A stretch of 64,000 nt of DNA, from NCBI GenBank assembly GCA_964594095.1, contig CAZQKZ010000005.1, positions 46,921-110,920 of the forward strand, read 5' to 3'. The stretch is from an uncultured Leptospiraceae bacterium. GTDB lineage: Bacteria; Spirochaetota; Leptospiria; Leptospirales; Leptonemataceae. The number at the start of each line of letters is the position of its first letter. The stretch's first letter is position 1. The notes beneath the pieces are model-generated. The model searched no databases. It was not told where the DNA came from and worked only from the letters and a program-made list of their open reading frames with translations. The position numbers and the translations under genes were made by a program. Positions 55,280-64,000 of the stretch are shown here, in pieces.

Positions 55280-57316
55280 TCAGCTGCTGCGACGCAGCTT
55301 CCGGGAATCATAGCGCCGCGGATCAGCAGCGGCAGCCATATCCGCAGGCAGCGGAGGTATCTCCCCGCAGATCTGAGATGCAATCAGCTCGGAAGTAACA
55401 GGAGCATACGAAAGACCTCGTGAGCCGTGCCCTGCGTGAAGCCAGAGACCTTTTACCGCCGGGATCAGATCTGTCAGCTCATTTCCTGAGTCAAGTGCCC
55501 GTCCTTCTTTTCTCAGCTGAAAAATCATTTTATCAGTCATTTTTTTATAATTATTATAATTTTTTTTAAGAAGGGCTGAATCGGTAACGGGTCCGGATAC
55601 AGGCAGGTGATCCGCTGTTGCAGACCGGAAATCAGCTCTTCCCCTGTAATCTGATTCCGGGAACAGTGGTCCTGTCCAGTGTTCTGCCTCTTTCACGAGA
55701 CTGCGCAGTGTTTCTGTATCTGTTTCATAATCCTCCCGGTTTTTTTCGTAGGTAGTGCCCGCCACATGAACTCCTCCGGCGGACGGGATCAGATATCCGT
55801 CGTAGCAAATCACACATTTCTGATTCCGGCTGATTTCATTTTCGGGCATCAGAACAATCTGCCCCCTGTTTTTAGGAAGATCAGTCTCAGTATATTTTTT
55901 TATAAGTTTCGGACTTTCCCAGGATGCAGCCACGACTGTATTCCTTGTTTTAATTCTGACCGTTTTTCTGTTTCCGTTTTCATCCTGCATTTCCGTGATG
56001 ACTACCCAGGTATCTGAATCCGGAATGATTTCTTTTACTTCGCAGTTATAATGCACTGCAAAGAGGCCGGGCCCTGTTTTTTCGCAGTAATTAATCAGAC
56101 CTTTCACCAGATCTCCGGGACTGACCCACATCGAATCCGGAAAGAAAACACCTCCGGTGCTCACCGGCAGACCGGAAACAGAAAGGGCTTCTTCCTTACT
56201 GCAGCTTCTGAGAGTTTCTTTATGGTAGCCCATGCTGATAAGTGCTTTTTCCAGCCGGACTCTCTGCCGTTCCTCATGAAATAACTGGAGCACACCGCAT
56301 TCGTTTCCGGGAATTTCAGAAGAATTTGCCCTGATAAGTTTTATAATATTTTTTACATAATAAAATCCGATAATCAGAATTCTGCTGATGAATCCGGGTT
56401 CTGCAGTTACAAACGGAAATATAACGCCTGCCGGATTACCGGAACCGTGCAGAGCTGCTTCCGGCTCTTTTTCAAGAAGCAGTATTCTCCGGTTTCTGCG
56501 GACAAGAGAAAATGCGGCTGATGCTCCTGCAATACCCGCCCCGATCACAACGGCATCATAAATTTCCGAATCTTCCGGCAGCGGATTCTGTTCCTCAGTA
56601 AAACCTGTTTTATAACAGCGGAGCATTTCTTTTTTATTTCCAAAGCCCGGCACCTTTTCACAGATGATCCCGGATTCCTCCAGTCCTCTGCGTACAGACC
56701 CCGCGACTGTAAAAGTAGACAACGTTCCCCCGGATTTTGTAAACTCCGCAATGAGTTTAAGGCTTTCCAGTGACCACATGTCCGCATTCCTCGAAGGCGC
56801 AAACCCATCGAGAAACCAGGCATCAGCCCCGCTTTTTTTCCAGGAACTGATCTCTTTCAGAAACTGAGTCACTTCTCCGTAAAAAATCCGCAGCTCCGTT
56901 TTTCCCTGATCGAAAAGATGCAGCTGCCAGCCCGGGGTAGGCGGAGGCAGTTCCAGATCATCATACTGAACGGCTGTGTTTTTCAGAGCTTCGCTTAATG
57001 CCCTGCGCATGTCTTCACTTCGCACAGGTTTTTTTTCACAGGTATAATAAATCAGCCGGGCGTGGGCATGGGCAAGTCTGCGAAACACAGACCTTGCAGT
57101 AATAAAATTCAGACCTGTTCCAAAACCGGTCTCAGCAATCACAAAAGAGTCTTTTACCTGCGGTGCCCGTTCCGTAATTCGGTTTCCTTCTATAAATACA
57201 TGAAGTGTTTCCTGATAACCTGATTCCGGCGCATAATAAATATCCTGAAATTCCTCTGAATACGGCACTCCGCCTTCCTTCCAGAGAATCTCTGCATATT
57301 CAGGTAAATTACTCAA
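55280..57316 (-). CDS. mnmC: bifunctional tRNA mnm5s2U34 methyltransferase / FAD-dependent cmnm5s2U oxidoreductase
   Basis: N-terminal ETGFGTGLNF / DAWFLDGFAP. C-terminal VVIGAGIAGASAAF DAO-type domain. Confidence 0.9.
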   Translation of the reverse strand: MSNLPEYAEILWKEGGVPYSEEFQDIYYAPESGYQETLHVFIEGNRITERAPQVKDSFVIAETGFGTGLNFITARSVFRRLAHAHARLIYYTCEKKPVRSEDMRRALSEALKNTAVQYDDLELPPPTPGWQLHLFDQGKTELRIFYGEVTQFLKEISSWKKSGADAWFLDGFAPSRNADMWSLESLKLIAEFTKSGGTLSTFTVAGSVRRGLEESGIICEKVPGFGNKKEMLRCYKTGFTEEQNPLPEDSEIYDAVVIGAGIAGASAAFSLVRRNRRILLLEKEPEAALHGSGNPAGVIFPFVTAEPGFISRILIIGFYYVKNIIKLIRANSSEIPGNECGVLQLFHEERQRVRLEKALISMGYHKETLRSCSKEEALSVSGLPVSTGGVFFPDSMWVSPGDLVKGLINYCEKTGPGLFAVHYNCEVKEIIPDSDTWVVITEMQDENGNRKTVRIKTRNTVVAASWESPKLIKKYTETDLPKNRGQIVLMPENEISRNQKCVICYDGYLIPSAGGVHVAGTTYEKNREDYETDTETLRSLVKEAEHWTGPLFPESDYRGRADFRSATADHLPVSGPVTDSALLKKNYNNYKKMTDKMIFQLRKEGRALDSGNELTDLIPAVKGLWLHAGHGSRGLSYAPVTSELIASQICGEIPPLPADMAAAADPRRYDSRKLRRSS

Positions 57317-57965
57317 TGGAAAAAATCCTTGCTTCTGAAACGCCCTGTATACCGGATTCCTGAATTACTGAAAGAACCTCCGATGCAGCATCCTCTCCGG
57401 GAAAACAGCCTACAAAAACATCCTGTTTCGCGGAATCATCCCTTGATCTGGTACGGAAAGCAGAATACCTGCCAGGAACACTTTCTTTTATTTTGGCACA
57501 GCGCATTGGCCGAAAGCCTGCCAGTTCCGGATGATTGTTGAGCCTGTTTGCCGCCAGAGCCGCTTTCTCAGGACTGAAACTTCCTATAAATATTATATAA
57601 TTTCCTGTGCCCGGATCAGCATCCAGCGGCACATTTGAGAAGCTGCTGGTCAGACGGGATGCTTCCTTCTGCTCCGGGTCTTCTTTCTTTGCTGTATCGG
57701 GATATTTCACCAGATTTTTTTCAATACCTGCAAAACCGCCGATCTTCAGCCCGGACCAGACTCCTGCACCGTAAGCAAGGCTTAAGGCGATCAGAGCAGC
57801 CATCCAGAGACTGCCGGATCTGCTGCTGCCGGCGGCTCCGCTCTGCATCCCGGCCTGAACCGGTGTACGGCTCCCGCTGTTCCTTTGTGCTGTATTCTCA
57901 GCCTGAATTTTTTTTGAAAAATCAATATTCTGCATAAAAAATGAATTTATGATTTCGGGTATCAT
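57309..57965 (-). CDS. membrane-anchored protein with a SPOR-like C-terminal domain
   Basis: Central TM WMAALIALSLAYGAGVW. C-terminal YIIFIGSFSPEKAALAANRL...VFVGCFPGEDAASEV resembles the SPOR repeat. Confidence 0.4.
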   Translation of the reverse strand: MIPEIINSFFMQNIDFSKKIQAENTAQRNSGSRTPVQAGMQSGAAGSSRSGSLWMAALIALSLAYGAGVWSGLKIGGFAGIEKNLVKYPDTAKKEDPEQKEASRLTSSFSNVPLDADPGTGNYIIFIGSFSPEKAALAANRLNNHPELAGFRPMRCAKIKESVPGRYSAFRTRSRDDSAKQDVFVGCFPGEDAASEVLSVIQESGIQGVSEARIFSIE

Positions 57966-58032
57966 TTATTTTATCGGTATTTCTTTCTGTTTTCCGAAAG
58001 AATTTCTTAATAAACTGAGGTAAATCATCAGC

Positions 58033-59652
58033 TTGATTCACGGCAATACTTCCGACTTAAAACCCAGTCAGCTCCACAGAATTGAACGACTGCTTCACAG
58101 ACGCATACGGGAAAACGCTGTGATCAGTCAGGAAATGGCCCGCTCTATGGCGTCAATCTCCCGTGAACTGGGCCGTCAGATCGGTGTGCTTATTGATCGC
58201 CTTGGCAGAGTGGTTTATGTGATTATCGGCGATTCGCACCGGATTTTCATTCCGGAACTCGAGCGCTCACGTTCCGCAAGAATGCGCGGTCTGAGACTGG
58301 TTCATACTCACCTGCATGGCGAAAAACTCAGTGAGGAGGATATTGCTGACCTGACTCTGCTGCGACTGGATTACATTACAGCCATCACAGTGAATGCTGC
58401 GGGTCTTCCTGAAAAATTCTGGAGTGCACATGTGCTGCCTGGACAAAGCCCGGGTTATACTACAGAAGAACCTGTTCTTCCCGGTCAGCTGAAGGAAAAT
58501 TTCCGGGAAACAATAGAAGAACTCGAAGCCCTTTTCAACCGCGAAGAAAAAAAAACCAGATCCTCCGGCAGCAGACCACGGGCTTTTCTTGTGGGTGTCT
58601 ATACTCCTGACATGAGAAAGATCCGAAGCCCCGAAGATTCCATGGAAGAACTAAAGGAACTCTGCGCCACAGCAGGAGTCGAAGCAGTGCGGACTATTAT
58701 ACAGAAGCGTCCTCGTCTCGATTCCACAACTATTATAGGATCCGGAAAAGTTAAAGAAATTTCAGTTATGGCAGTTCAGGAAAATGCAGAACTTATGATT
58801 TTTGACAGAGAGCTTTCACCTGCTCAGGCATCCAGGCTTTCAGCTGAATCCGAACTGAAGATCATTGACCGGACTCAGCTTATTCTTGATATTTTTGCAC
58901 GCAATGCACGCAGCCATGACGGTAAACTTCAGGTGGAGCTGGCCCAGCTCCGCTATCTGAAAGGGCGTCTTTCAGAAAAAGACGACAACATGAGCAGGCT
59001 GACAGGGGGCATAGGAGCCCGCGGACCAGGAGAAACAAAACTGGAAATCGGACGTCGCCGGGTAAATGACCGAATCACCCGGCTTGAGAAAGAACTCGAC
59101 TCCATAAGGCACAGACGTGAACTCAACCGGCAGAGGCGGGACAGGACCGGGATACCGGTAGTTTCTATTGTAGGATACACCAATGCCGGCAAATCAACAC
59201 TTCTCAATGCGCTCACAAATTCAGAAGTACTTTCTGAAAACAGACTGTTCGCCACTCTGGATCCTACTACCCGCAGACTCCGGTTCCCTGAAGAAAAAGA
59301 AATCATTCTTTCTGATACAGTCGGATTCATACATGATCTTCCTCCGGAACTTTCCCGGGCATTTCAGGCAACCCTGGAGGAGCTTGAAGACTCTGATCTT
59401 TTTCTGCACTGCATCGATGCTTCAGACCGGAACCGGGAAGCAAAAATCCGGGCAGTGGAATCAATCCTTGAGGACATGGAGCTCACCTCAACTCCGGTGA
59501 TCAGAGTGTATAATAAAATGGATTTACTTTCTGAAGGCGATCTGGAATTACTGGCTGCCCAGCCGAACGCAGTCCCTGTTTCCGCTGAAAAAAAAATCAA
59601 TCTGGAAAGACTGCTTGAAGTAATGGAATACCGGCTGTTTACGGAGCAGTGA
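58033..59652 (+). CDS. hflX: GTPase HflX
   Basis: HflX N-domain (QVELAQLRY), G-domain GYTNAGKSTL, DTVGF, NKMD. TTG start. Confidence 0.9.
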   Translation: MIHGNTSDLKPSQLHRIERLLHRRIRENAVISQEMARSMASISRELGRQIGVLIDRLGRVVYVIIGDSHRIFIPELERSRSARMRGLRLVHTHLHGEKLSEEDIADLTLLRLDYITAITVNAAGLPEKFWSAHVLPGQSPGYTTEEPVLPGQLKENFRETIEELEALFNREEKKTRSSGSRPRAFLVGVYTPDMRKIRSPEDSMEELKELCATAGVEAVRTIIQKRPRLDSTTIIGSGKVKEISVMAVQENAELMIFDRELSPAQASRLSAESELKIIDRTQLILDIFARNARSHDGKLQVELAQLRYLKGRLSEKDDNMSRLTGGIGARGPGETKLEIGRRRVNDRITRLEKELDSIRHRRELNRQRRDRTGIPVVSIVGYTNAGKSTLLNALTNSEVLSENRLFATLDPTTRRLRFPEEKEIILSDTVGFIHDLPPELSRAFQATLEELEDSDLFLHCIDASDRNREAKIRAVESILEDMELTSTPVIRVYNKMDLLSEGDLELLAAQPNAVPVSAEKKINLERLLEVMEYRLFTEQ

Positions 59653-59653
59653 C

Positions 59654-60520
59654 ATGAATGAACTGCTGGAAGAAATCGAATCACTTACTATCGGTAAAGA
59701 ATGGAGACTCGACACCGAATATCTTCTGGATTTTCTGTCCGTTACCCGGGAGCAGTACGCAAAATTTGTATACTCCCGGAGAAGACAGGTAATGGATTCT
59801 CTGGAAGTCCGGGATTATTACACACAGGACAGCGTTAATGAACTGATCAGCATTCTGGAAGCCTTTGACAGAAGCGATGCCGCGGCTGAATTTTTCTCGG
59901 CCGGTTATTACCTTCCTTCCGATAAAGAGATTTTTCTGCAGGAACTTTTCATATCGGTATCTCTTTCGCGTATGCAGAGCCAGAATCCGGACCGTGAACT
60001 TCTTGAGACCATCCTGTCAGGCTGCTCAGATTACAGAGATGCATTCGATGCCTATCTGCAGTCCGAATTCCCTGTTTCCGATCTGATCCGGTATGTGTCA
60101 GATATTTTTCTGATCCGTTCCGGAATGGAAGATCATTACCTCAGCCGTCATATCCTGCAGCAGACGCTTCTGGGTCTTATCCAGAATAAGATCATCCGAT
60201 TAAAAAATATTTATCAGTCGGCATGGAGATTTCTGACAGATTACTGCCTTAAAGAAGGACTGCTGAATCCGGAAGAAGTCATTGATTCAGAGTATCAGAC
60301 AAAGCATTACATACTTCCCGATGATATCAGGAATGCACTGCGGGAACTTGAACTCAGCGAAACGGAAATTCCCTCCGAAGAAGATGTTAAAAAAAATTTC
60401 AGACGACTGCTGAAGAAACATCATCCGGACAGAAACCCGGCGGGAACCGAAAAAACAAGAACACTCAATGCTTCTTATGCTGTTCTGCTGTCTTTCTGTG
60501 CGGAAAGAACCTCTTCATAA
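59654..60520 (+). CDS. protein with a C-terminal J-domain
   Basis: VKKNFRRLLKKHHPDRNP (HPD motif) in the last about 60 aa. The N-terminal 220 aa are unassigned. Confidence 0.6.
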   Translation: MNELLEEIESLTIGKEWRLDTEYLLDFLSVTREQYAKFVYSRRRQVMDSLEVRDYYTQDSVNELISILEAFDRSDAAAEFFSAGYYLPSDKEIFLQELFISVSLSRMQSQNPDRELLETILSGCSDYRDAFDAYLQSEFPVSDLIRYVSDIFLIRSGMEDHYLSRHILQQTLLGLIQNKIIRLKNIYQSAWRFLTDYCLKEGLLNPEEVIDSEYQTKHYILPDDIRNALRELELSETEIPSEEDVKKNFRRLLKKHHPDRNPAGTEKTRTLNASYAVLLSFCAERTSS

Positions 60521-61617
60521 ATTTTCAGGGTTGCGGCTGCCGTATTTTTATAACTGAATTCCCGGACCCGGACCTGATTATAAAGACCCATCACCTTTCT
60601 CAGTTCCGCAGAAGAATACAGAGAATTCATCCTGTCTGCAATGCATTCAGAATCGCCGACACTGCACAGATAACCACCCTTCCCGTCATCCACCATTTCC
60701 GGTATACCGCCGCCCCGGGTTCCGATTACCGGCTTACCTTCGGTCATTGCATCCAGAACTGAGGTGCCAAGACCCTCCTCACTCGATGTCATCATAAACA
60801 CATCAAACATGCAGTGAAAGGCCCTTACATCCCTGCGAAACCCGGTAAATACAGTACAGGACGAAATACCAAGGTCCTGGGCCTCCTTTTTCAGAGCTGC
60901 TTCGAGTTCGCCTTCTCCTGTAATAAAGAAGCGCACAGAATCAGGGGATATATTGTATTTTTTAAGGAAAATTGCTCCGGCCTTCAGAAACGTTTTCTGA
61001 TCCTTATGAGGAACCAGTGCCCCGACATTGCCGAAAACCACCGTACTGCTTTTAAGCCCGAATTCTTTTCTTAAGGACTCCGCACCTAAGGTGTCATTGA
61101 CCGGCAAAGTATCGACTCCGGATTTTGCAATCCGGATACGCTCAGGGGAAATACCATCCTTCAGCAAAACGTTTTTAACATTTTCTGATATTGCGATGAA
61201 ACGGTCTGTCAGCGGGCTCTGGTATTTCCATCGGGACAGAAAACTTCTGCCTGCAGGGAAATCCACCCTTCTGGAAACAACAAGAGGGAACTTAAAAAAG
61301 ATTTTTTTTGCTGCCAGAGCTATCCCGTGCGCTTTCGCTGTATGTGCATGAAAGATTACATCGTAACCTTTTCCTGTGAGCTCTTCTGCAAGTCTGCCCA
61401 GTGCATAAGCGGAATAAAGATCCCACTCTCCTTTAAGAGGCAGAGGAAACACCGGTATGCCTTTCTCCTGACATTTCAGTGCGAGCGGCGATCCCTGCGG
61501 ACAGACTACACTCTGCGCAATCCCTTTTTCATGCAGACTTGAAGCAAGATAAAAAGTCTGCATTTCGCCCCCTCTCCAGGTTCGGGCAGTATTTATATGC
61601 ACAGGAACTGTTCTCAA
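60475..61617 (-). CDS. family 4 (GT-B) glycosyltransferase
   Basis: EEGLGTSVLDAMTEGKPVIG (E-x7-E), GGIPEMV. Confidence 0.85.
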   Translation of the reverse strand: MRTVPVHINTARTWRGGEMQTFYLASSLHEKGIAQSVVCPQGSPLALKCQEKGIPVFPLPLKGEWDLYSAYALGRLAEELTGKGYDVIFHAHTAKAHGIALAAKKIFFKFPLVVSRRVDFPAGRSFLSRWKYQSPLTDRFIAISENVKNVLLKDGISPERIRIAKSGVDTLPVNDTLGAESLRKEFGLKSSTVVFGNVGALVPHKDQKTFLKAGAIFLKKYNISPDSVRFFITGEGELEAALKKEAQDLGISSCTVFTGFRRDVRAFHCMFDVFMMTSSEEGLGTSVLDAMTEGKPVIGTRGGGIPEMVDDGKGGYLCSVGDSECIADRMNSLYSSAELRKVMGLYNQVRVREFSYKNTAAATLKIYEEVLSAQKDSRTA

Positions 61618-61633
61618 GGGGACCTACCTTTGA

Positions 61634-62638
61634 TTACGGGCTGCCTAAAATCTCAGCTGCTTTTTCAGTGAGATTCTCATTGAGTCGGGCACCATGTACT
61701 GTAACTATACGGGATGCCACATAATTACCCCACTTCGCAGACTGTTCGGGAGTGTAACCGTGCGTAAGACCATAAAGAACCCCGGCTGCGAAAGCATCCC
61801 CCGCTCCGTTTGTATCCACAGCCTGAACCGGAAAGCCTGGGACCTGCTCCGTATAATCTTTCTTAACCACAAGGGCACCATCTTTACCCATAGTAATAAA
61901 GGCAAGATCGGTGATCTTTCCGATGTATGCCGCAGCTTCCTGAATATCCAGAGTATCAGCAAATTCAAGGGCCTCCTGGGCATTTGCAAAAACAACATCA
62001 GTGTATTCCCTTACAATATGCAGAAAATCTGCCCGGAAGGTTTTAACCATAAAGGGATCGGAAAATGTAAAAGCTGCGGGTACTCCGAGTTTTTTTGCGG
62101 ATTCAAATGCATGAAGACTGGCTTCCCTGGTTTTTTCGCCGCTCCAGAGATATCCTTCAATGTATGCCATTCTGCACTGTTTCATTACATTTACATCTAT
62201 ATCAGCTGCAGTAAGATGGGTGCTTACACCAAGATGGGTGAACATGGTTCTTTCTGCATCAGGTGTTGTAATCACGAGGCAGGTTCCGGTAGGCAGATCC
62301 TCTTCGGGTGACGGATGAACATCAAACCTGACACCAGCATCAAGGAGATCCTTACGGTAAAATTCACCGTTTGGATCCCGTGCAATTTTTCCGGTATAAA
62401 AACAGCTTCCGCCGCTCCGCACAATTCCTATCATTGTATTTGCGGCTGATCCCCCGGACCGGAGTTCCAGGCTCTGTTTAGAAACAGCCTGCATTAAATC
62501 CGCCTGCTGAGCAGCATCCACCAGGGTCATAATTCCTTTATTTAAATCGTGTTCGCGGATAAAATCGTCATCCACAAAAGCCAGAATATCAACAATTGCG
62601 TTTCCTACACCGAAAACGTCCCATTTTTTTTCACTCAT
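61634..62638 (-). CDS. PfkB-family kinase, adenosine-kinase-like
   Basis: GGSAANT, DTNGAGDAFAAG. Confidence 0.8.
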   Translation of the reverse strand: MSEKKWDVFGVGNAIVDILAFVDDDFIREHDLNKGIMTLVDAAQQADLMQAVSKQSLELRSGGSAANTMIGIVRSGGSCFYTGKIARDPNGEFYRKDLLDAGVRFDVHPSPEEDLPTGTCLVITTPDAERTMFTHLGVSTHLTAADIDVNVMKQCRMAYIEGYLWSGEKTREASLHAFESAKKLGVPAAFTFSDPFMVKTFRADFLHIVREYTDVVFANAQEALEFADTLDIQEAAAYIGKITDLAFITMGKDGALVVKKDYTEQVPGFPVQAVDTNGAGDAFAAGVLYGLTHGYTPEQSAKWGNYVASRIVTVHGARLNENLTEKAAEILGSP

Positions 62639-62718
62639 AAAGACAGAATCAGGAATTACTGTCTCCGATCAAGCATATTACAAAAGCCCTGTTTTTAATT
62701 CACATCCCGGAAATTGCA

Positions 62719-62746
62719 TTGAAAACTTACGGCCATTCTGCATAAT
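62719..62746 (+). promoter_or_regulatory. candidate sigma-70 promoter
   Basis: TTGAAA (62719-62724), 16 nt, CATAAT (62741-62746). The ATG at 62759 is only about 12 nt downstream and has no SD. Confidence 0.3.
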
Positions 62747-62758
62747 AGTCATAGATAT

Positions 62759-63994
62759 ATGGGACACCTGTTTATTAAAGAATACCGCAGCTATAAAAGC
62801 ACAGGAGACGCAGGACCCGGTGAAATTCTCGCCGCCACCTTCTACAGTGAGCTTACACACTGGATAACAACAGGCAGTCCAAATGAACAGTTTCTCGATG
62901 AGTTCTGGGACCTGTACACTCACATTCAGGACAGCCAGTCCGCCCCTTCCGGCGATCTGATTGATTTAGGCATCATGCAGACTGCAGAAGCGGTGCATCA
63001 GTATCATCAGGAAGATGAAAAAGATACTAACCCTGCGGTTTTCTATGTAAACGAAGCCCGGTGGCCGTTTTTTGCTTACATAGACGAACAGAGCTACCGC
63101 CTCGCCCGTACTGAGGATTTCTCCGAAATAGATTTTTACATTTTTGAAATCATCGGGGGGGATTTTCCTCACACCGCTGCCAAAGAATTCCTTATTGAGA
63201 ATGACTGGGCCGATATCTGGACAGCTCTGAGGTATCTCGATACAGTTCCCGGTGCAGATGACCGGTACCACCTTATTAATGAACTCTTTTTAAGAAGAAA
63301 AACAGTCCATGAAAAGCTTATCCTGCTTGCTTATCTTGTCTTCACAGAAAATGAATACATAGAAGCTCTGCTGATTGAAGGGACTCTGAAACTCCCCGCC
63401 GAATTCGGGGAGGATTTTGTTTTCTATATTTATAACCTGCTGGATGCAGCACTCTACGGACATCCTCTTTCGGTGGACTGGAAACACAGGCTTCACGAAA
63501 AATATGTTAACTATACTTTATTTTTTCTTCTGGCCTACTTTGAAATCAGCCAGACCGAGCTGTCCCCGGGATGGGTTTCCGTAATAGAACAGAGTCTTGA
63601 CACAGTCTGGGATTACAGCGTAATCTCTGACGACAACGTTACCTACAGTCATCAGCCTCTTCAGGATTTCACAGCGAATCTGCTCCAGCTTTTTACTGAG
63701 GAGGACCTGAGTTCCCTGCTTGAAACATCCCTTATTTATCCTGTCTTTTTCAGAAACATAGACCGGTATAATCCGGAAAGCCTTGAGAATTTACTGGGGA
63801 TTCTGCTTCGCAATGAAGAACTTATGCTGCGGGAACTTGCAGCCCGGGTCGATGCCTACAGGGATTCAGATCAGAGCGAAATTGAGAAACTGATTCACGG
63901 GACCTGTCAGGACATTGCAAAATATCTTGGCTGCGAAATCCGGTTAAACGACGGGTCTCCCTCGCTCTGGGGTCCGGAAGGTAGTTTTATTTAA
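62759..63994 (+). CDS. hypothetical protein (helical, acidic)
   Basis: 411-aa ORF, no motif recognised. Confidence 0.5.
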   Translation: MGHLFIKEYRSYKSTGDAGPGEILAATFYSELTHWITTGSPNEQFLDEFWDLYTHIQDSQSAPSGDLIDLGIMQTAEAVHQYHQEDEKDTNPAVFYVNEARWPFFAYIDEQSYRLARTEDFSEIDFYIFEIIGGDFPHTAAKEFLIENDWADIWTALRYLDTVPGADDRYHLINELFLRRKTVHEKLILLAYLVFTENEYIEALLIEGTLKLPAEFGEDFVFYIYNLLDAALYGHPLSVDWKHRLHEKYVNYTLFFLLAYFEISQTELSPGWVSVIEQSLDTVWDYSVISDDNVTYSHQPLQDFTANLLQLFTEEDLSSLLETSLIYPVFFRNIDRYNPESLENLLGILLRNEELMLRELAARVDAYRDSDQSEIEKLIHGTCQDIAKYLGCEIRLNDGSPSLWGPEGSFI

Positions 63995-64000
63995 CCTTCC

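Noticed and set aside
1-64000. Searched by eye for CRISPR repeats, rRNA/tRNA genes, IS elements, integrases and long direct or terminal repeats.
   Set aside because: None were seen. The intergenic regions are short, and the longer ones (15021-15408, 17071-17336, 44679-44895) show no cloverleaf-like or repeat-spacer structure. tRNAscan-SE, Infernal and a self-dotplot would be needed to exclude them formally.

Overview
This is a 64-kb, densely packed chromosomal segment with about 58 protein-coding genes and a moderate GC content by eye. Gene content (DUF115/Maf-like protein, long-form IspG, long iPGM, RRM-type RNA-binding protein, FliG-like paralogue) is compatible with a spirochaete-like bacterium, but that is inference only. 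All family calls come from motifs I recognised by eye in the supplied translations; no searches or alignments were run.

Most of the window is housekeeping:
- Glycolysis and central metabolism: gpmI, pgi, DAHP synthase, transketolase N-subunit.
- Translation and tRNA: metG, mnmC, hflX, an ABC-F ATPase, rnd.
- Protein quality control: lon, htrA, lepB, an NfeD/stomatin pair.
- DNA repair: mfd.
- Cofactors: coaX, birA, ubiX, ispG.
- Envelope: GT2, GT4, CapA, a PLD/cardiolipin-synthase-like protein, DUF368/PopT-like protein, M23 peptidase.

I found no rRNA, tRNA, CRISPR array, transposase or integrase.

Five loci deserve a second look:
1. 969-8002: two overlapping sigma-54 activators without receiver domains, one on a polytopic membrane domain and one with an MshEN-like N-terminus. 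They converge on two tandem Bor-family lipoproteins and a TlpA / GT2 / degenerate-histidine-kinase operon.
2. 14.7-17.7 kb: a small decayed accessory island between gpmI and metG. It holds a type I R-M hsdS-like relic, a DUF4352 protein, an unannotated zinc-ribbon mini-ORF, a cREC-like REC-fold protein and a FliG-like middle-plus-C-domain gene split by a T6 frameshift.
3. 30.5-34 kb: a DUF368 protein with a large insertion, next to an nfeD-stomatin operon whose consensus promoter is overlapped by a 12-bp perfect palindrome and which has almost no leader.
4. A tandem rhodanese whose catalytic Cys position is Asp, co-oriented directly upstream of metG.
5. Extremely tight or overlapping convergent gene ends.

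None of these is demonstrably a new system from sequence alone. The membrane-bound sigma-54 activator cluster and the cREC + FliG-like pair are my best candidates.
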